In this document: positions 50,072-62,821 of the stretch, in pieces | Numbering within the stretch: the first letter of the stretch is position 1 | Layout: every line of letters begins with the position of its first letter | NCBI GenBank assembly: GCA_030390025.1 | Contig: CM059432.1 | Coordinates: 58,282,001 to 58,346,000 of the forward strand | Source: Squalus acanthias | Lineage: Eukaryota | DNA length: 64,000 nt | Direction of reading: 5' to 3' | Position numbers and translations under genes: made by a program | The notes under the pieces: model-generated | The model's input: only the letters and a program-made list of their open reading frames with translations | Told to the model about the DNA's origin: nothing | The model's database searches: none

Positions 50072-51253
50072 ATGGGGGTTGTACTGGCACTGGACCTCGC
50101 CCTCCAGCATCAATGTCGGAGGCAACTGAGGCACAGAGAAAGAGTGCAAAATGTGGCCAGAGTTAGGAGGGCCAACAGGGCTCTCAACAGGAGGCCTTAC
50201 CCATACAGGGTATTCCGGCAGCAGTTCTCTGAATTTCATGAACTTCACTGAGGACCAGTGTATTAGGAGGCTCCGCTTCATCAAGGACGTGGTCACAGAG
50301 CTCTGTCACCTCCTGCAGCCAGACCTCGAGCCACAGATCAGGACCACCATGGCTCTCAGTGGCAGTCAAGGCCACTGTCGCCTTCAATTTCTTCGCCAGC
50401 GGATCATTCCAGTGTGCAACAGGCGACATCTCCGACATCTCCCAGTTTGCCGTCCATTGCTCCATTCACGAGCTCACAAATGCTCTGTACAGAAGGAGAA
50501 GGGACTACATTTCCTTCCCCATGAGCAGATAGAAACAGCGCGAGCGTGCATGTGGCTTTGCCAGGATAGCGGGCTTCCCCATGGTGCAGGGCGCCATTGA
50601 TTGAACCCACGCTGCTTTGCGGGCACCTCATAACAATCCTGAGGTATTCCGTAACCACAAAGGCTACCACTCACTTAATATGCAATTGGTGTGCAACCAC
50701 ACACGGCGAATCATGACCGCCAATGCCCGCTATCCTGGCAGCAGCCACGATGCCTTCATCCTGCACCAGACCGGTGAGCCAGATCTGTTCCAGCCACCAC
50801 ATGAAGCTTGCGGCTGGCTGCTGGGAGACAAGGGCTATCCGCTCTCCACTTGGCTCATGACCCCCTTCCACAACCCCAGCACTTGTGCCCAGCACTCATA
50901 TAATGAGAGCCATGCTGCCACCAGGAACATCATCAAGCAGACCATCGGAGTGCTCAAGCAATGGTTCCGCTGCCTTGACCGCTCAGGAGGAGCCCTCCAG
51001 TACTTGGCTGAGCGGGTGTCACATTTCATCGTCGTCTGCTGCATGCTGCACAACTTGGCCATTATGAGGGCGCAGCCATTGCCACCAGGCATTCTGCACC
51101 ACCTCAGGAGGAGGAGGACGAGGACAAGGAGGAGGAGGAAGAAGAGGAGCAGGAGGAAGAGAAGGACAAACAGCAGTGATGGAGGAGGCAGCCACTCAAT
51201 CGGCATTCTGCAAGGTCGCTCCGTGACCGCCTCATCAGACTTTGTTTCCAGTG
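50072..51253 (+). pseudogene. HARBI1-like transposase pseudogene of copy E
   Basis: 'RRPYPYRVFRQ', 'GAID*THAALRAP', 'KGYHSLNMQLVC', 'YPGSSHDAFIL', 'LLGDKGYP'; several frameshifts and stops. Confidence 0.92.
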
Positions 51254-52573
51254 ACTTCGAGTCCACGTTCCGGTTGCTGAGCACATCGCCATCATTCCAT
51301 CACTTTGTGATTCCATACCACACCCCAGAACTGAAATGAGACACAGCACCAAAGCTGCAACATTCCAGTAATAAATGTATCAAAAACCATTAACCACATA
51401 TATACAACAGCAATATTGACTAATCATCCTTGTGCAAACACTTACTTCCCCTCTTTACAGTCCCCTTTCCTAATCTAGTGCTCCTACGTCGTGTCTCCCC
51501 AGTGGCTGCAGCAGGGCTGGTGGAAGGCTGCTGAGTGTCAGTGCCAGAGACTACAGATGGTCTTGCAGGATGCCCTCGACCAGCTCTGGGCCTGGAAAGC
51601 CCGGCTGTACACTGTACCACCTCAGGCTGGGCGGCGGCAGTCTGGGCTGGCTGGATGACAGGCAGCGACAAGTGCAATGGCGGAGTGGCAGTGGTGGGAT
51701 CAGGAATGCTGGCATCCTGAGAGAGGACAGCAGGTTCCTGCTCCACTGACTCAATGCCAGTCCCCCGGGGCAGCACCACAGCATCCCTACCAATCTGCTG
51801 GAGCACAGATTTCTGGCCTGCTGCGACACTGTGAGATCCCCGGTGGACTGTGGTGGACCCAGCGACGATGGCAGCAATCAGATCTTTTGTGGCATCAAGC
51901 TGAGACTGCATGAGAGCAGTCTGAGACTCAATGGCAGCAACCATTGACTGCATTACAGCACTAAGATGTTGCGTCGCTTCCGCCTGTGCTGCAGTGGAAG
52001 CTGCCACATCGCCCATGACACGCATCATGAATTCTGGATCTGCACGATCTCTCCGGGAGTCCACTATCCTCTGCACAGTGGAAATGGTGTGCTCAGAGCT
52101 CTTTGCAAAGTTGGAGGCAGACTCCTCCACGCTCCTTACCATTGCAGAGAGGCTCTCGGGCACCCTTGCCATTGTACCTATCATGTCGGAGTTTGTGGCC
52201 ATCACCCTTCTTGTGAACGTCTCCCCATCGAGGTCCTCATCTGAGTCCTGTGCAACAGAACCCGTGCACGAACTCGCCCTCCAGGGAGCTGGCTCCCGAG
52301 CTACCCTTTCCCCTTGGCCTTGCTGCAGCCTGCTCGTCCCCGGTGCATCACCCAGTGCAGACCCCTCCACTAAACTTGCCACTAAATATCGCATAGTGCC
52401 AGTATCTGAGGTGGTGCCTGTGGGTGAGAGATGCAGTGATGCGGTGCTTTGCTCCTCCTCCTCTTCTCCTTCCTCACTCTCAGAGGGAGGCTCAGGGACA
52501 GGCTGGTCATCTGGTTGCTGATTATCTGAAAGCATAAAGGCACAAGACTCGCATTAAGGTGAGGGCAGAGGGG

Positions 52574-54102
52574 TGTAGAATTCGCAAAATTATCACGATT
52601 TTATAAAATAAGAAGGAGGCATATAGTTTCGTACAAACAGCTTTATTTCAGCAGAATGCTGTCAGGTTTTCAAAGTGGACACAAACAGCCTGTAAAATGG
52701 CCGCCACGCCTCATGGCAGAACGTTCTAGACTTTTCAATGAGCAGACAAGATGGCGTTCCAATAAACATTTATGCGAGATCGGACAAGACTCAGCACATT
52801 TGAGATAATTCACAAGACATAATGGGTTTGCATTTTATACATAAATACTGGAATCGGTCTCCCAGGTGCGAATAAGGGCTATTGTACCGAGCGATCAAGA
52901 ACCCATCCAAAGATATTAATATGCAAAATCCCCACGACTCTACGATGAGAGAGCCGTTTGCGGGTAGTTACAGAAAACATTTGGAAGCCCCAAAACCCCT
53001 CCAGGGAGAATACTGACCGGTTCCACAATGGGAGAAGTATTAACGGGTACTCAGACAGTTACAAGTATCACCGAAACCCATTAAAAACGCAGATCATCCT
53101 ATACAAGAAGTTTGAGCGCCAAAACCCTGTCAAAAGAAAGACATTAAGATTGGGCGGGAAAAGAGGAATTACAGCACTATAACTGTAAGGTACAACCGTC
53201 CATCTGTCTCTTGCCTCTTGACTCCTTGCCGCTTGCCTCGTGCCTCTGCCTCTTGCAGCTCTTGCTGTTTGACTTGCTGAAAGACTATTGAACTTTCTGA
53301 TCCGCCAGGATCAACCTCGTGGCTTGCCGCGAAGATCTGTGAAGAACTGGGCTGTGAGGCCTTGAAACGGGCACACCATCCGGAGAAGTCGGTAAACGGT
53401 GTTGGAACCGAAGGCCCGAGATGAGATGAGATGAGAGATGAGAAGAGAAGAAGACGACAATACGTATCGCCACGGTCAGTAAGCCCCGACCGCGCCTGCA
53501 AGTCGAATAAACACTTTTTCCTTGCCCAGGAAGACCATTCTTCGAATTTTATCGCATCGGTGTGAGGGCACAGGAAGACTCTTTTTTGAGTAGTGTCGGA
53601 ACTCCGAGGACAACACAGATCTTCATGACAGCAGACGGTCCAGCCTGCTAGCCGGAGCAGAGACGAGTAAACAAGTGGGGTACAGAGACCCCTGATCAAC
53701 ACGTGGATAGTCAGGTGCTGCGGTAAAAACATCCGAGCAGAGTTTCGGAATTCTCCGAGTTATCACGAGTGGTGAGCATGAGTCTCGATCCTACAAATCT
53801 AGTTTAGGACAGGTATTGATAGGGGAGGGTTTAAGTTTTAAGGATAATTGTAATGTGTGCCCCCTTTTACGATGTGTCGTGCGCTCCTCGTTTCCCTAAA
53901 ATTAGTTACATAACTGCGTGTAAGATTGTACTGTCATTAATCTGTGCTTATGACATGTATTTCGTAATCTTGAATAATATGCAATAAAGATTTTCCATTT
54001 CGCACTATTCAACCGGGTCTACCTGAGTTTTCTCTGCATTATTGCTCTCGCACCTAAGTCCAGTGTCAGAACCGTAAGGATGAGTGGGTCGAACCACTCA
54101 CA
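52574..54102 (+). mobile_element. Solo LTR (1529 bp) in intron 2 of the copy E Myb gene
   Basis: TGT...ACA, 4-bp flanks GGGG/GGTG, AATAAA near 53505 and 53983, no retroviral coding sequence. Confidence 0.7.
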
Positions 54103-54691
54103 GGTGTCTAGTGTTACCAGGCTGGCTGGAGACCAGAACAGGCAACAAGGCCTAACCTCGCACTAGCACCCAGGCTAAGCACAGAGCCACAGGTCTCACC
54201 CCTTACAGGGGCAGGAATGGAGCAAGGAATGCAGACATTCTCAGAAGGGGGAAAGTGAGAACGGGTTTGTGGTGTGAGGGGGAAGTGGGATGAGAGAAGA
54301 AGAGGGGCTGAAGATACTGTTTTTGCCCCCAAGGGGGTCGATGTTGCCGATGGCCACGGCGCCCACCACCTGCTGTCCAATGAGTCGCAGCACTCGCTCC
54401 TCCAGGTCTGAAAGCTGCTGGAGCTGCGCATCACCCCCGCCTATTCTCTGCTGCTCCCTCCTATTGTGGGCCTTCTTGGCCTGCAAGAGAAATGAATGTG
54501 TTTGAGTCAGACTCCAGCTATGTGTTTGGGAGATATGCCTGCCGTCATTGAATAGCTGTGATTGTAGGCAAGGCATGAGATGTGGATGTGAGTTTGAGTA
54601 GGTGAAGATGATTGGTGGGTGAGTGGTGGGGGTGTGGTGGTTTGTGCAGTGTGCACAGACTGAGGTTAAGGTGCTGGTATGTAGGACCTAG

Positions 54692-56056
54692 TGTAGGGTT
54701 CTCAAAATTACCACATTCCCCAGCGTTATTAATAAGGGGTACCCTAGACAAAGTGGCTTCTAGACCTCGTGGCAGAAGCCTGCGACATTGAACCGAAACC
54801 AGGGCCCTGCAAAAACAGCAGGCCAGGTGACATGCCTGGGTCTGTAAGAGAGTTGCAAAATTCCCAGACCCCCAAAAGACTCGGAGGAAAAGAGAGAGAC
54901 CCTAAGAAAAGGGGACTTTGGACATTTTAAAACCAATTGAGTGTATTGGACCAGGGACATTTTAAAACATGCAGACCTCAGTACAGGCTGCCAAAGGAGG
55001 CGGGGCTGGCCTCTACAGAGATAATGTTGTATATTACAGGTGGTCGACCTGTCTGGGGAGCCGGATGACCCCACTCCAGCCCCATCAAACTGCTTAGCAT
55101 TTATACAAAGAAGTAAAGGAATGGAGTCCTCAACACAAATGAACAACCATCAGACCAGCAATCATCCTCCACTTAACAAATATTTAATATCGTTAAAGGC
55201 CATCTCCTGCCATTAAAGTTAACAACCTTAACGAGCCCACCAGAATTAAACAAAGCACTGGGAAGATTTGGCGGGCAGATAAGGAACAATCCAACAGTAT
55301 AACTTTAGAAACAACAACAGAAAACGCTGGAAAAACTCAGCAGGCCAGACAACATCCGTGGAGAGAGAAACAGAGTTAACGTTTCAGGTCGAAACCCTTC
55401 ATCAGCATAACTTGAGACCTGTGCTGGAACAAGCCAGAGTTCTACAGAGACAAGACTGGCAGTTTTGCAGATGAGCAGTTTAAAACAAGCTGTTCAAGTC
55501 ACACAGACAGGCCACAAGCAGGACAGCTGAAGCACAGGAGTTCTCCAGTACACAGTTCAACAGAAAACAAGACCGTTCAACAAAGAAGGCCAGCAGCTCC
55601 AGAAACAGACTGACACGCAAGAAACCAGAGCAACGGTTCCAGTGACCATCAAACACCTCGAGGCACAAGGGCCTTATGAAACTTTTACTTAAAAGGACTT
55701 TAAACCATATCTCAACTGTCAAAGGATTCGTTTGGTGAGCATTATCCCTGGTCCTCAAGAGTCTAACTGAGCTAGTAAAGTGGGGTTGGGAGGGGTGAGG
55801 TATTGTTCTACTGTCATTTCCCTCATTTGTACCAAAGTTAAGATTGACATGTTATGTTTCATCTCTCTTAAATAAACATTGGTTTTCCTTGCACCAATCC
55901 ACGGGTCTGTTCGTTTGTCCTTATCGCCGCTTGATAAGTCCTGGGCTCAGAACTAGGAAGGGGATAGCGATTCGCAACCGCACAACGGGCAGGACAGTCC
56001 AGGAAAACATAACTGGCTGACCTACAAATAAGCCCCTGAGACAAAAACCCCTTACA
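54692..56056 (+). mobile_element. Solo LTR (1365 bp) in intron 1 of the copy E Myb gene, containing a Penelope terminal fragment at ~55308-55405
   Basis: TGTAGGGTT...AAACCCCTTACA inverted ends, 4-bp flanks CTAG/CTAT, AATAAA at 55871. Confidence 0.75.
55375..55405 (-). ncRNA. Minimal hammerhead ribozyme motif (Penelope-derived), intact core
   Basis: Minus strand CTGATGA-AGGGT-TTCG-ACCT-GAAAC-GTT-AAC. Confidence 0.65.
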
Positions 56057-56648
56057 CTATTGAAGCATGTACTCACCTTGACCACCCGACTGAGGTTGTT
56101 GAATTCCTTGCGGCACTGTGTCAGGCTACGTTCCACCACACTACTGGCCGAGACCTCCTGGGCCACTTCCCTCCACATTGCCCTGAACACCTGAGGTGAT
56201 GGCCTCCTTCCAGTGGCCGGGAAAGCATTGCCCTCCTTCGCTCCACTCCAGCCACCAATGTCACGTCTGTGAACTGATGAACTCTCTCCCTGGGAATGGG
56301 AACAGCCATAGCCATCAGGAGATTCACTTACTCGCAGGTCACCTCAAAACTAGCAATGATGAAAATGAGCATCTCCACAATGATGTAACCTCCCCTTTAA
56401 GAGCTGGAAGGAACCAGTGTGAAGGATCATTGCTGAATGCATTGCACCTGAAATTCATTAGCGCTGTGCTGGTAGTGCCCCTGTGGTGCCCCACTGAGGT
56501 CATTAGCGCTTGATTTAGCGCCCCACTTCCTTCCTGGGGCGCTAACACCCAATTTAGTAGAAGTTCAGAATCCTTTGTGCCTGGCGCTAAATTTTCCAAA
56601 TTTTCAAAAGTTAGCACCCCAAACGGGGCGATACCCAATTTCACCCCC

Positions 56649-57970
56649 AAAGAACCTGCAAAGGGATATAGACAGGTTAAGTGAGTGGGCAATAAGGTGG
56701 CAGATGGAGTATAATGTGGGGAAATGTGCAGTTATTCACTTTGGTAGGAAAAATAGAAAAACAGAATATTTTTTAAATGGTAAGAAACTATTAAATGTTG
56801 GTGTTCAGAGAGATTTAGGTGTCCTCGTACAGGACACACAGAAAGTTAGCATGCAGGTAGAGCAAGCAATTAGGAAGGCAAATGTATGAGATCCCAGAGG
56901 GACCCTGGTTCCAAATTATTCGAGGTTGACCCGTATTCGGGACAGTGATTTAACTTTATTCAGCACAAGCGAGACTTGATACATTACAGTATTCAAGCAG
57001 CAATTTACAGAGTATAATTGAGGCTTATATTACCACTTATACTCTGAGTAGAAGCCACAACTATGAGTGAGCTGCACCCGGTGTCTCTTGTCTCCTTTCA
57101 TCCCCTGGGTGTCTCCTTGATTCTTCCTGAAATCTTCTACTGTGTCTCTGAAATCTTCTACTCCTGAAATATTCTACAATTTGTGGCTTTTAAGACCCCC
57201 TTCTTACACCCTTACTCTCATTCAAAACCTACGGCATCCTCCTGGACCAATCACTGGCTGACACCCAAACCCAAAATCCAATGATAAAGATGCCACGCAG
57301 GTTTACGCAGGTTCTAGTCTTATGACATTCTTACATCATCTGTTTCTGACCATCAAGACTCATATTTGGGGTAGTTATGGTAATACAAAAGCAACATGTC
57401 TCCATAGGTTGAGATAGGGCCCTTGCTGTTGGCCTTTGGTTTTAATTCACTGCGGATGTTATAACATCCCAACACAGTGGTAGCTGCACCTAACCTTGGT
57501 TCCCAGGCTTGCTGTACTCTGTTTCATTCTTACTGTTGGCTAATATCCAACTTTCACCCACAGCTTCACTATTCGACCATAGCAATCCTCTTTCTCACCC
57601 CAGGTTGTCTGGTTACAGCTTACTCACAGACTTTTAAACATAATAAAAAAGGTTACATGTTATATTTAATTCAGGATACCATTGCAAACAGTTGATGATT
57701 ACAGACTTTTATATTTAATTTTTACACACGATTATAAATCCATTACTGATGATTATATGATACTGATGATTATAAGATAGTAAAGCAAGTATTCTAAAAA
57801 ACAACTAATCCATGATAATCTTACAAATGGCATGTTGGCCTTTATTGCAAAGGGGTTGGAGTACAAAAGTAAAGAAGTCTTACTACAATTATACAGGGCT
57901 TTGGTTAGACCACACCTGGAGTACTGTGCACAGTTTTGGTCTGCTTATCTGAGAAAGGACATACATGCCT
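56649..57970 (+). mobile_element. CR1 LINE RT fragment split by a solo LTR
   Basis: 'LQRDIDRLSEWA...QAIRKAN' rejoins 'GMLAFIAKGLEYKSKEVLLQLYRALVRPHLEYC'. Confidence 0.9.
56885..57825 (-). mobile_element. Solo LTR (941 bp)
   Basis: Exact 4-bp TSD AATG; ends TATGAGAT / ATCTTACA (one end mutated); TTTATT near 56955; excision restores the CR1 frame. Confidence 0.75.
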
Positions 57971-58552
57971 TATTGTCAGACTGTTTGTCCAACATCCAGT
58001 TCTGGATGAGCAGAAATTTTCTCTATTTAAATATTGGGAAGACCGAAGCCATTGTTTTTGGTCCCCACCACAAACTCCGTTCCCTAGTCACTGACTCCAT
58101 CCCTCTCCCTAACATCTGTCTGAGGCTGAATCACACTGTTCGCAACCTTGGTGTCATATTTGACCCTGAAATAAGCTTCCGACCACATATCCGCGGCATA
58201 ACTAAGACCGCCTATTTCCACCTCCGTAACATCGCCCGTCTCCGCCCCTGCCTCAGTTCATCTGCTGCTGAAACCCTCATCCTTGCCTTTGTTACCTCTA
58301 GACTTGACTATTCCAACACACGCCTGGCTGGCCCTCCCACGTTCTACCCTACGTAAACTTGAGGTCATCCAAAACTCGGCTGTCCGTGTCCTAACTCGCA
58401 CCAAGTCCCGTTCACCCATCACCCTCGTGCTCGCTGACCTACATTGGCTCCCAGTTAAGCAACGTCTCGATTTCAAAAGTCTCATCCTTGTTTTCAAATC
58501 CCTCCATAGCCTCACCCCTCCCTACCTTTGTAATCTCCTCCAGCCCCACAAT
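57971..58552 (+). mobile_element. L2-clade LINE ORF2 C-terminal fragment
   Basis: 'WMSRNFLYLNIGKTE', 'VRNLGVIFD', 'AFVTSRLDYSN', 'LHWLPVKQRLDFK'. Confidence 0.9.
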
Positions 58553-58918
58553 CTGCTACTTTGCTCACCTTTGCTGACCTGGTTCGGTCATTGAAACGCT
58601 TCCTGCATTGTATCCACGTCCGCACGATGACGCTTCTGCTGCTAACTTCTTGCACCACCTCCAACCATGCCTTCTTTGTAGTGGCTGCAGGTTTTTTTTC
58701 TCATTGCTGGGAAACGACCTCTTTCCTCACCCTTACAACACCCAGCAGTACGTCCGGGGATGCCTCATTGAATGCGCGAAATTCAGAAGTAAAATGATAA
58801 TGAGGTGTCCCTGTTGAAATCGGACATTCCTACATGTCCCACGATATTGTGCATTTGTCGCCCTCAATTGTCCCCCCCACCCCGGCTCCGATCCCGTCTC
58901 CACGTTAATATCGAGCCC
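58553..58918 (-). mobile_element. Terminal fragment of another Harbinger (one TIR plus Myb exon 1)
   Basis: TIR GGGCTCGATATT ending at 58918; minus strand 'FNEASPDVLLGVVRVRKEV...KKAWLEVVQEVSSRS...RTWIQCRKRFNDRTRSAK|gtgag'. Confidence 0.85.
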
Positions 58919-59283
58919 CAGAGACTTGAGCACAAAATCTAGGCTGACATTCCAGTGCAGTACTGAAGGAGTGCTGCTTTGTCGGAGGTGCCGTCTTTTG
59001 GATGAGACATTAAACCGAGGTGGACGTAAAAGATCCCATGGCACTAGTTTGAAGAAGAGCAGGGGAGTTCTCCCCAGTATCCTGGCCCTCAACCAACATC
59101 ACTAAAACAGATTATCTGGTCATTATCTCATTGCTGTTTGTGGGAGCTTGCTGTGCGCAAATTGGCTGCCACGTTTCCTACATTACAACAGTGACTACAC
59201 TTCAAAAGTACTTAATTGGCTGTAAAGTGCTTTGGGACGTCGCGAGGTTGTGATAGGCGCTATATAAATGCAAGTTCTTTCTT
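58919..59283 (+). mobile_element. Deu-domain SINE (SacSINE1-like), 5' end cut by the Harbinger fragment
   Basis: cagtgcagtactgaaggagtgctgc...gtaaaagatcccatggcact...ggcgctatataaatgcaagttcttt. Confidence 0.85.
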
Positions 59284-59400
59284 TAGGTTCACACATAAAG
59301 AATGGCCACTAGAATGAGGTACCAGAGATGGCCAGAGTCCTGAAATGGTACCCCCTCTAGATTTAGCACCTTCAGTAGAGAAGGGAGAACATTGATAAGA
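59284..59400 (+). repeat. LF-SINE-like 3' fragment
   Basis: ggttcacacataaagaatggccact...gaggtacc, similar to 16005-16110. Confidence 0.55.
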
Positions 59401-62400
59401 ACGCTTGAGACTTATATAATTCCATATTTAATTTTAATTTAAAACAAAAAACAAATCTTTAATATATTTAATAATGACCTTTATAATATCGAAAGCCTCT
59501 GGTTTCCCTGTTGGCTCTCCTGATGCAACCAGTCTTTTCCTTACATTGCAGCTCCTTTCTTGAATCAGAATGAAATAACAAGATTCAGCCTGTCGAGCCA
59601 CCATCTGACATTTCAATACATTCAGTGTTCCCATATCTACAGTGATTCTTGTATTTTCCTGGGAAGAAATGACCCCCTGTATACCAAGACAGCTCATTAA
59701 CTGCTAATGTCATTATTTCTATTATGCCCTAAAATAGATCCCTGTTGCAGCATTACAAAGATAGTACAGCAAGCAACATCACAGTGTACAACAGCAAGTA
59801 TTGTAACTACCAGGAAATAAAGGAGCAAAACAAGAGTCACTCAGGAACAACATCACAAGGAGATTAGCATTATACTGCAACTGATCCTGCAGAATAATTA
59901 CAGCTAGCCAATGGATGGATAATATCTGTACTTATATATAATTGTAATGTACTACCTGCATAACAAAAATATATAGTTTTTTTCCAAAATCAGGGCTTAC
60001 TCAGAACAATTTAAACACTGCTTTACTGTTACGTGCTGATTCACAGACTAGGCAGAACTGTCAAGCACTGGTTGATTATTTATAATTTTATCTGGTTTAC
60101 CACCTCCACATACTAACCAGTTTGACATAAGAAATATTGGTTGTCAAGACTTATTGGCCAAGTTCGTGCTGCATGGAGGAGCAACACAAAGCTGAGTTAA
60201 ACCGAGATCATAAATTCTCCAAATGTTGAATTGTTAAATGTGTCTCAATTCTGTGAGGAACCTCTGTTCTGAAGCAACAGGATTAAAGAAACTGCCAGGG
60301 AGTGCAAGAGCTTTGAAGCAGATATTTTATAGCTTTGACTGGTGTTGAACCAGAATTTAATTTTTAGAACATTTCCGTGCACAGGCATTCAGTTGACAGA
60401 GTAAGAAAGAAGGCATTGGAATGATCTTCACATGTACATGCATATTCCTACTATTTTCAATGGGCCAAGAAAGCACTTGCAGAGGCCCCTAGGATCGCTA
60501 CACTTGAGGAATTTGCACCTCCCAAAATATAATAAATAAATCATCTTGCTTTAGTATCATAAGCTAACCAGAGAAAATCTTGCTGTGCTGTGCCCATTTG
60601 CTTTTATGTTCGGTTTCTAATCTGTTTCTCAGTTCTTAATTTGTTATTATCTGTATTTATTTACAACCCTGGGGTTGTAACTTAAATACAAAGAGCACAA
60701 GTACAGCACAATAAAAAAATAAAATAACATTGTGCATTTGTACATGTCACTTCTCAAATGTCTCAAAGCACTTTGCAGGGTGAAGAGATAAGCACTGAGT
60801 GGGAAAACTGAGAAAGTTGAGGAGGCAAGGGGAGACCAAAGATACAATCAAAGCTACCAACTTACACCAAGCTATGAATAATAAAAGATTACAGGGGGTG
60901 AAATTGGTCTTTGGCAGTAACGCAAAGGCAAATCGGTAGACCCGTTTGACACCCCGCCTGATTTTCTTTTCTATTCTTTTACATTCTGCTTGACAGAAGT
61001 GCGGATCAGAGAATCGGACACGGAATTTCTAGTCATTAAACTTAATAGCCAGAAAATCGGGAGTGATGCAAATCAGTTGCACTGACCTTCGCACCCAATT
61101 CTCCGGTTCCCTCTCAAATTGAGCAAGAGTCTATGCCAGGAGAGGAGCACTCCAAAATTTGCACTGTAATGTCTTTAAATAAAAGCTGTAACAAATATCT
61201 GTAAATTTTTAGTTTTAATTCTACATTTTATTAAATACTTCCAAATCAGCAGTTGTGTTACTCATGGTGAGTCAGAGGTTTTATAAAAATAGGAATGTTA
61301 TGCCAAGCAGTATTATCAGGGGGACTGAGTTATCAGCATTGGGGTCAGCTCAGTGTCTAGCAGAAAATGGATGTGCTCTCAAGGTCCAGGAGTACTTTGG
61401 AGGGTTCCAAATTTCTGGGAGCACTGGGAGGATATTCCCTGGTTCTGGAAGTACTGCAGTGGCTTCTAATAAGACGTTCACACCCTAAACATCATAACCT
61501 GTCTATTCTCTTCATAGATGCTGACGGATCTACTGTGCATTTCCTCTATTTCACATTTTATTTCAGATTTCCACGGTTTGAGATTTTTCCTATCTTGTTA
61601 TAGGGTGTAGTTTTGGAAACAATAAGACAGGTCTTGGGATCACTGGGAGTGGGGCACCATAATCTGGGAAGAGGAAGGAGCATTGGAGTCCACCCTGGTA
61701 TCAGGAAGCACTGGCAATACTTTCTGATGATTTCTGAGCACTGAGAGGGAGTCCGGGGATCTAGAAGTGGTGGATGGAAGACCTACAGAAGCTCGACTAG
61801 GGAGTGGCATGGGAAGGGTTTTTTTGGGAGGCAGAGTCAGGGAGTTGTTTTTAGGGAGGCAGGTTGCTACGATCTGGCAATATTTGTAGGGGAGGGATCT
61901 AGCCACCCTGTGGAGGAGGGATGCCAGGAGAATGAGTCCCAAACTGCCCATGGCCCCATTCAGACCATTGGGCCACAACCATCCCATCACAGTCCTGTCT
62001 GTCAGCTTTCTCCCCAAACAATCTGCAGCCCCTTTTGCACCATCAGCCACCCTTACACCTCATTGTTTTCCCTGTCCTCAGCTGGATCTTGTCTTTATGT
62101 TCTGCCTTAAAACAATAAGGCCTCTATTAGAGAGTTTGCCAACTTATACAATCTTTCAATAAACATAAATTTCCATGAACAAAAAGTACTTCATAGTAAT
62201 CAGTGTATATGGAATTCCAGTTTTTAATTCAAAAAATCCATTAATTCTCAAAAATGGTTCAGAATAGAAAGATTTTTTAATTGAATTCTCAACCTTCTAA
62301 TTGAAGAAAAGAAATCCATTTTTAATAAACAATCTTGTTGATAGTTAGAAAGGGAAAAAATACAAGCAAGAATGGTGCTAATAGGTATGGGTTTATCTTG

Positions 62401-62821
62401 ACTGAACACTTCGTAATAGAAAAGTTAACATCTTAAATGACACCTGCTTGAAATACATTTTTGAAAATTCAATCTTCAGTTTGTATGCAAATATTATGGA
62501 AAAAGCAAAGAAACTCACGAATCCTCACAGGCTGAACGGACATACCCTTCTACTCCTCAACTCTTGTTCATTCACAAATTGCATTCTAGGAAATTCTACT
62601 AACTGCACATGCTCAAAATGCACAAATGTGGTTGGAAGCTCTGTGCAGCTTTTCTGAGGTAAAAATTTCTAGTCGAACCACAAGCTTTTGAGATTGGCTG
62701 AGGTCTTGAAGGAAAAGCTTTAAAGGCATTATAAGACACAAAACATAATTTAATGGGTTAATTTAATCATGCTATTGTGAAATATGTAAATTTGTGATTC
62801 TTTAATTTTGTTTAAAACTTT

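Larger units (their letters stand above)
51420..56315 (-). pseudogene. Myb/SANT-like gene of copy E, exons ~56315-56077, 54480-54318, 52525-51420
   Basis: 'WREVAQEVSA...RSLTQCRKEFNNL|gt', 'ag|AKKAHNRREQQRIGGG'; exon 3 fully open; frameshift in exon 1 near 56220. Confidence 0.88.
49623..56648. mobile_element. Harbinger copy E (two-gene, left TIR missing, two solo LTRs inside)
   Basis: Right TIR CCAATTTCACCCCC ending at 56648; left end aligns to the 662-1419 element lacking its terminal ~45 bp. Confidence 0.9.

Noticed and set aside
57832..58356. Chimeric 174-aa RT-like ORF
   Set aside because: Chance in-frame junction of a CR1 fragment and an L2 fragment near 57970.
59434..59697. Possible host exon on the minus strand
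   Set aside because: Weak splice signals and no recognisable similarity.
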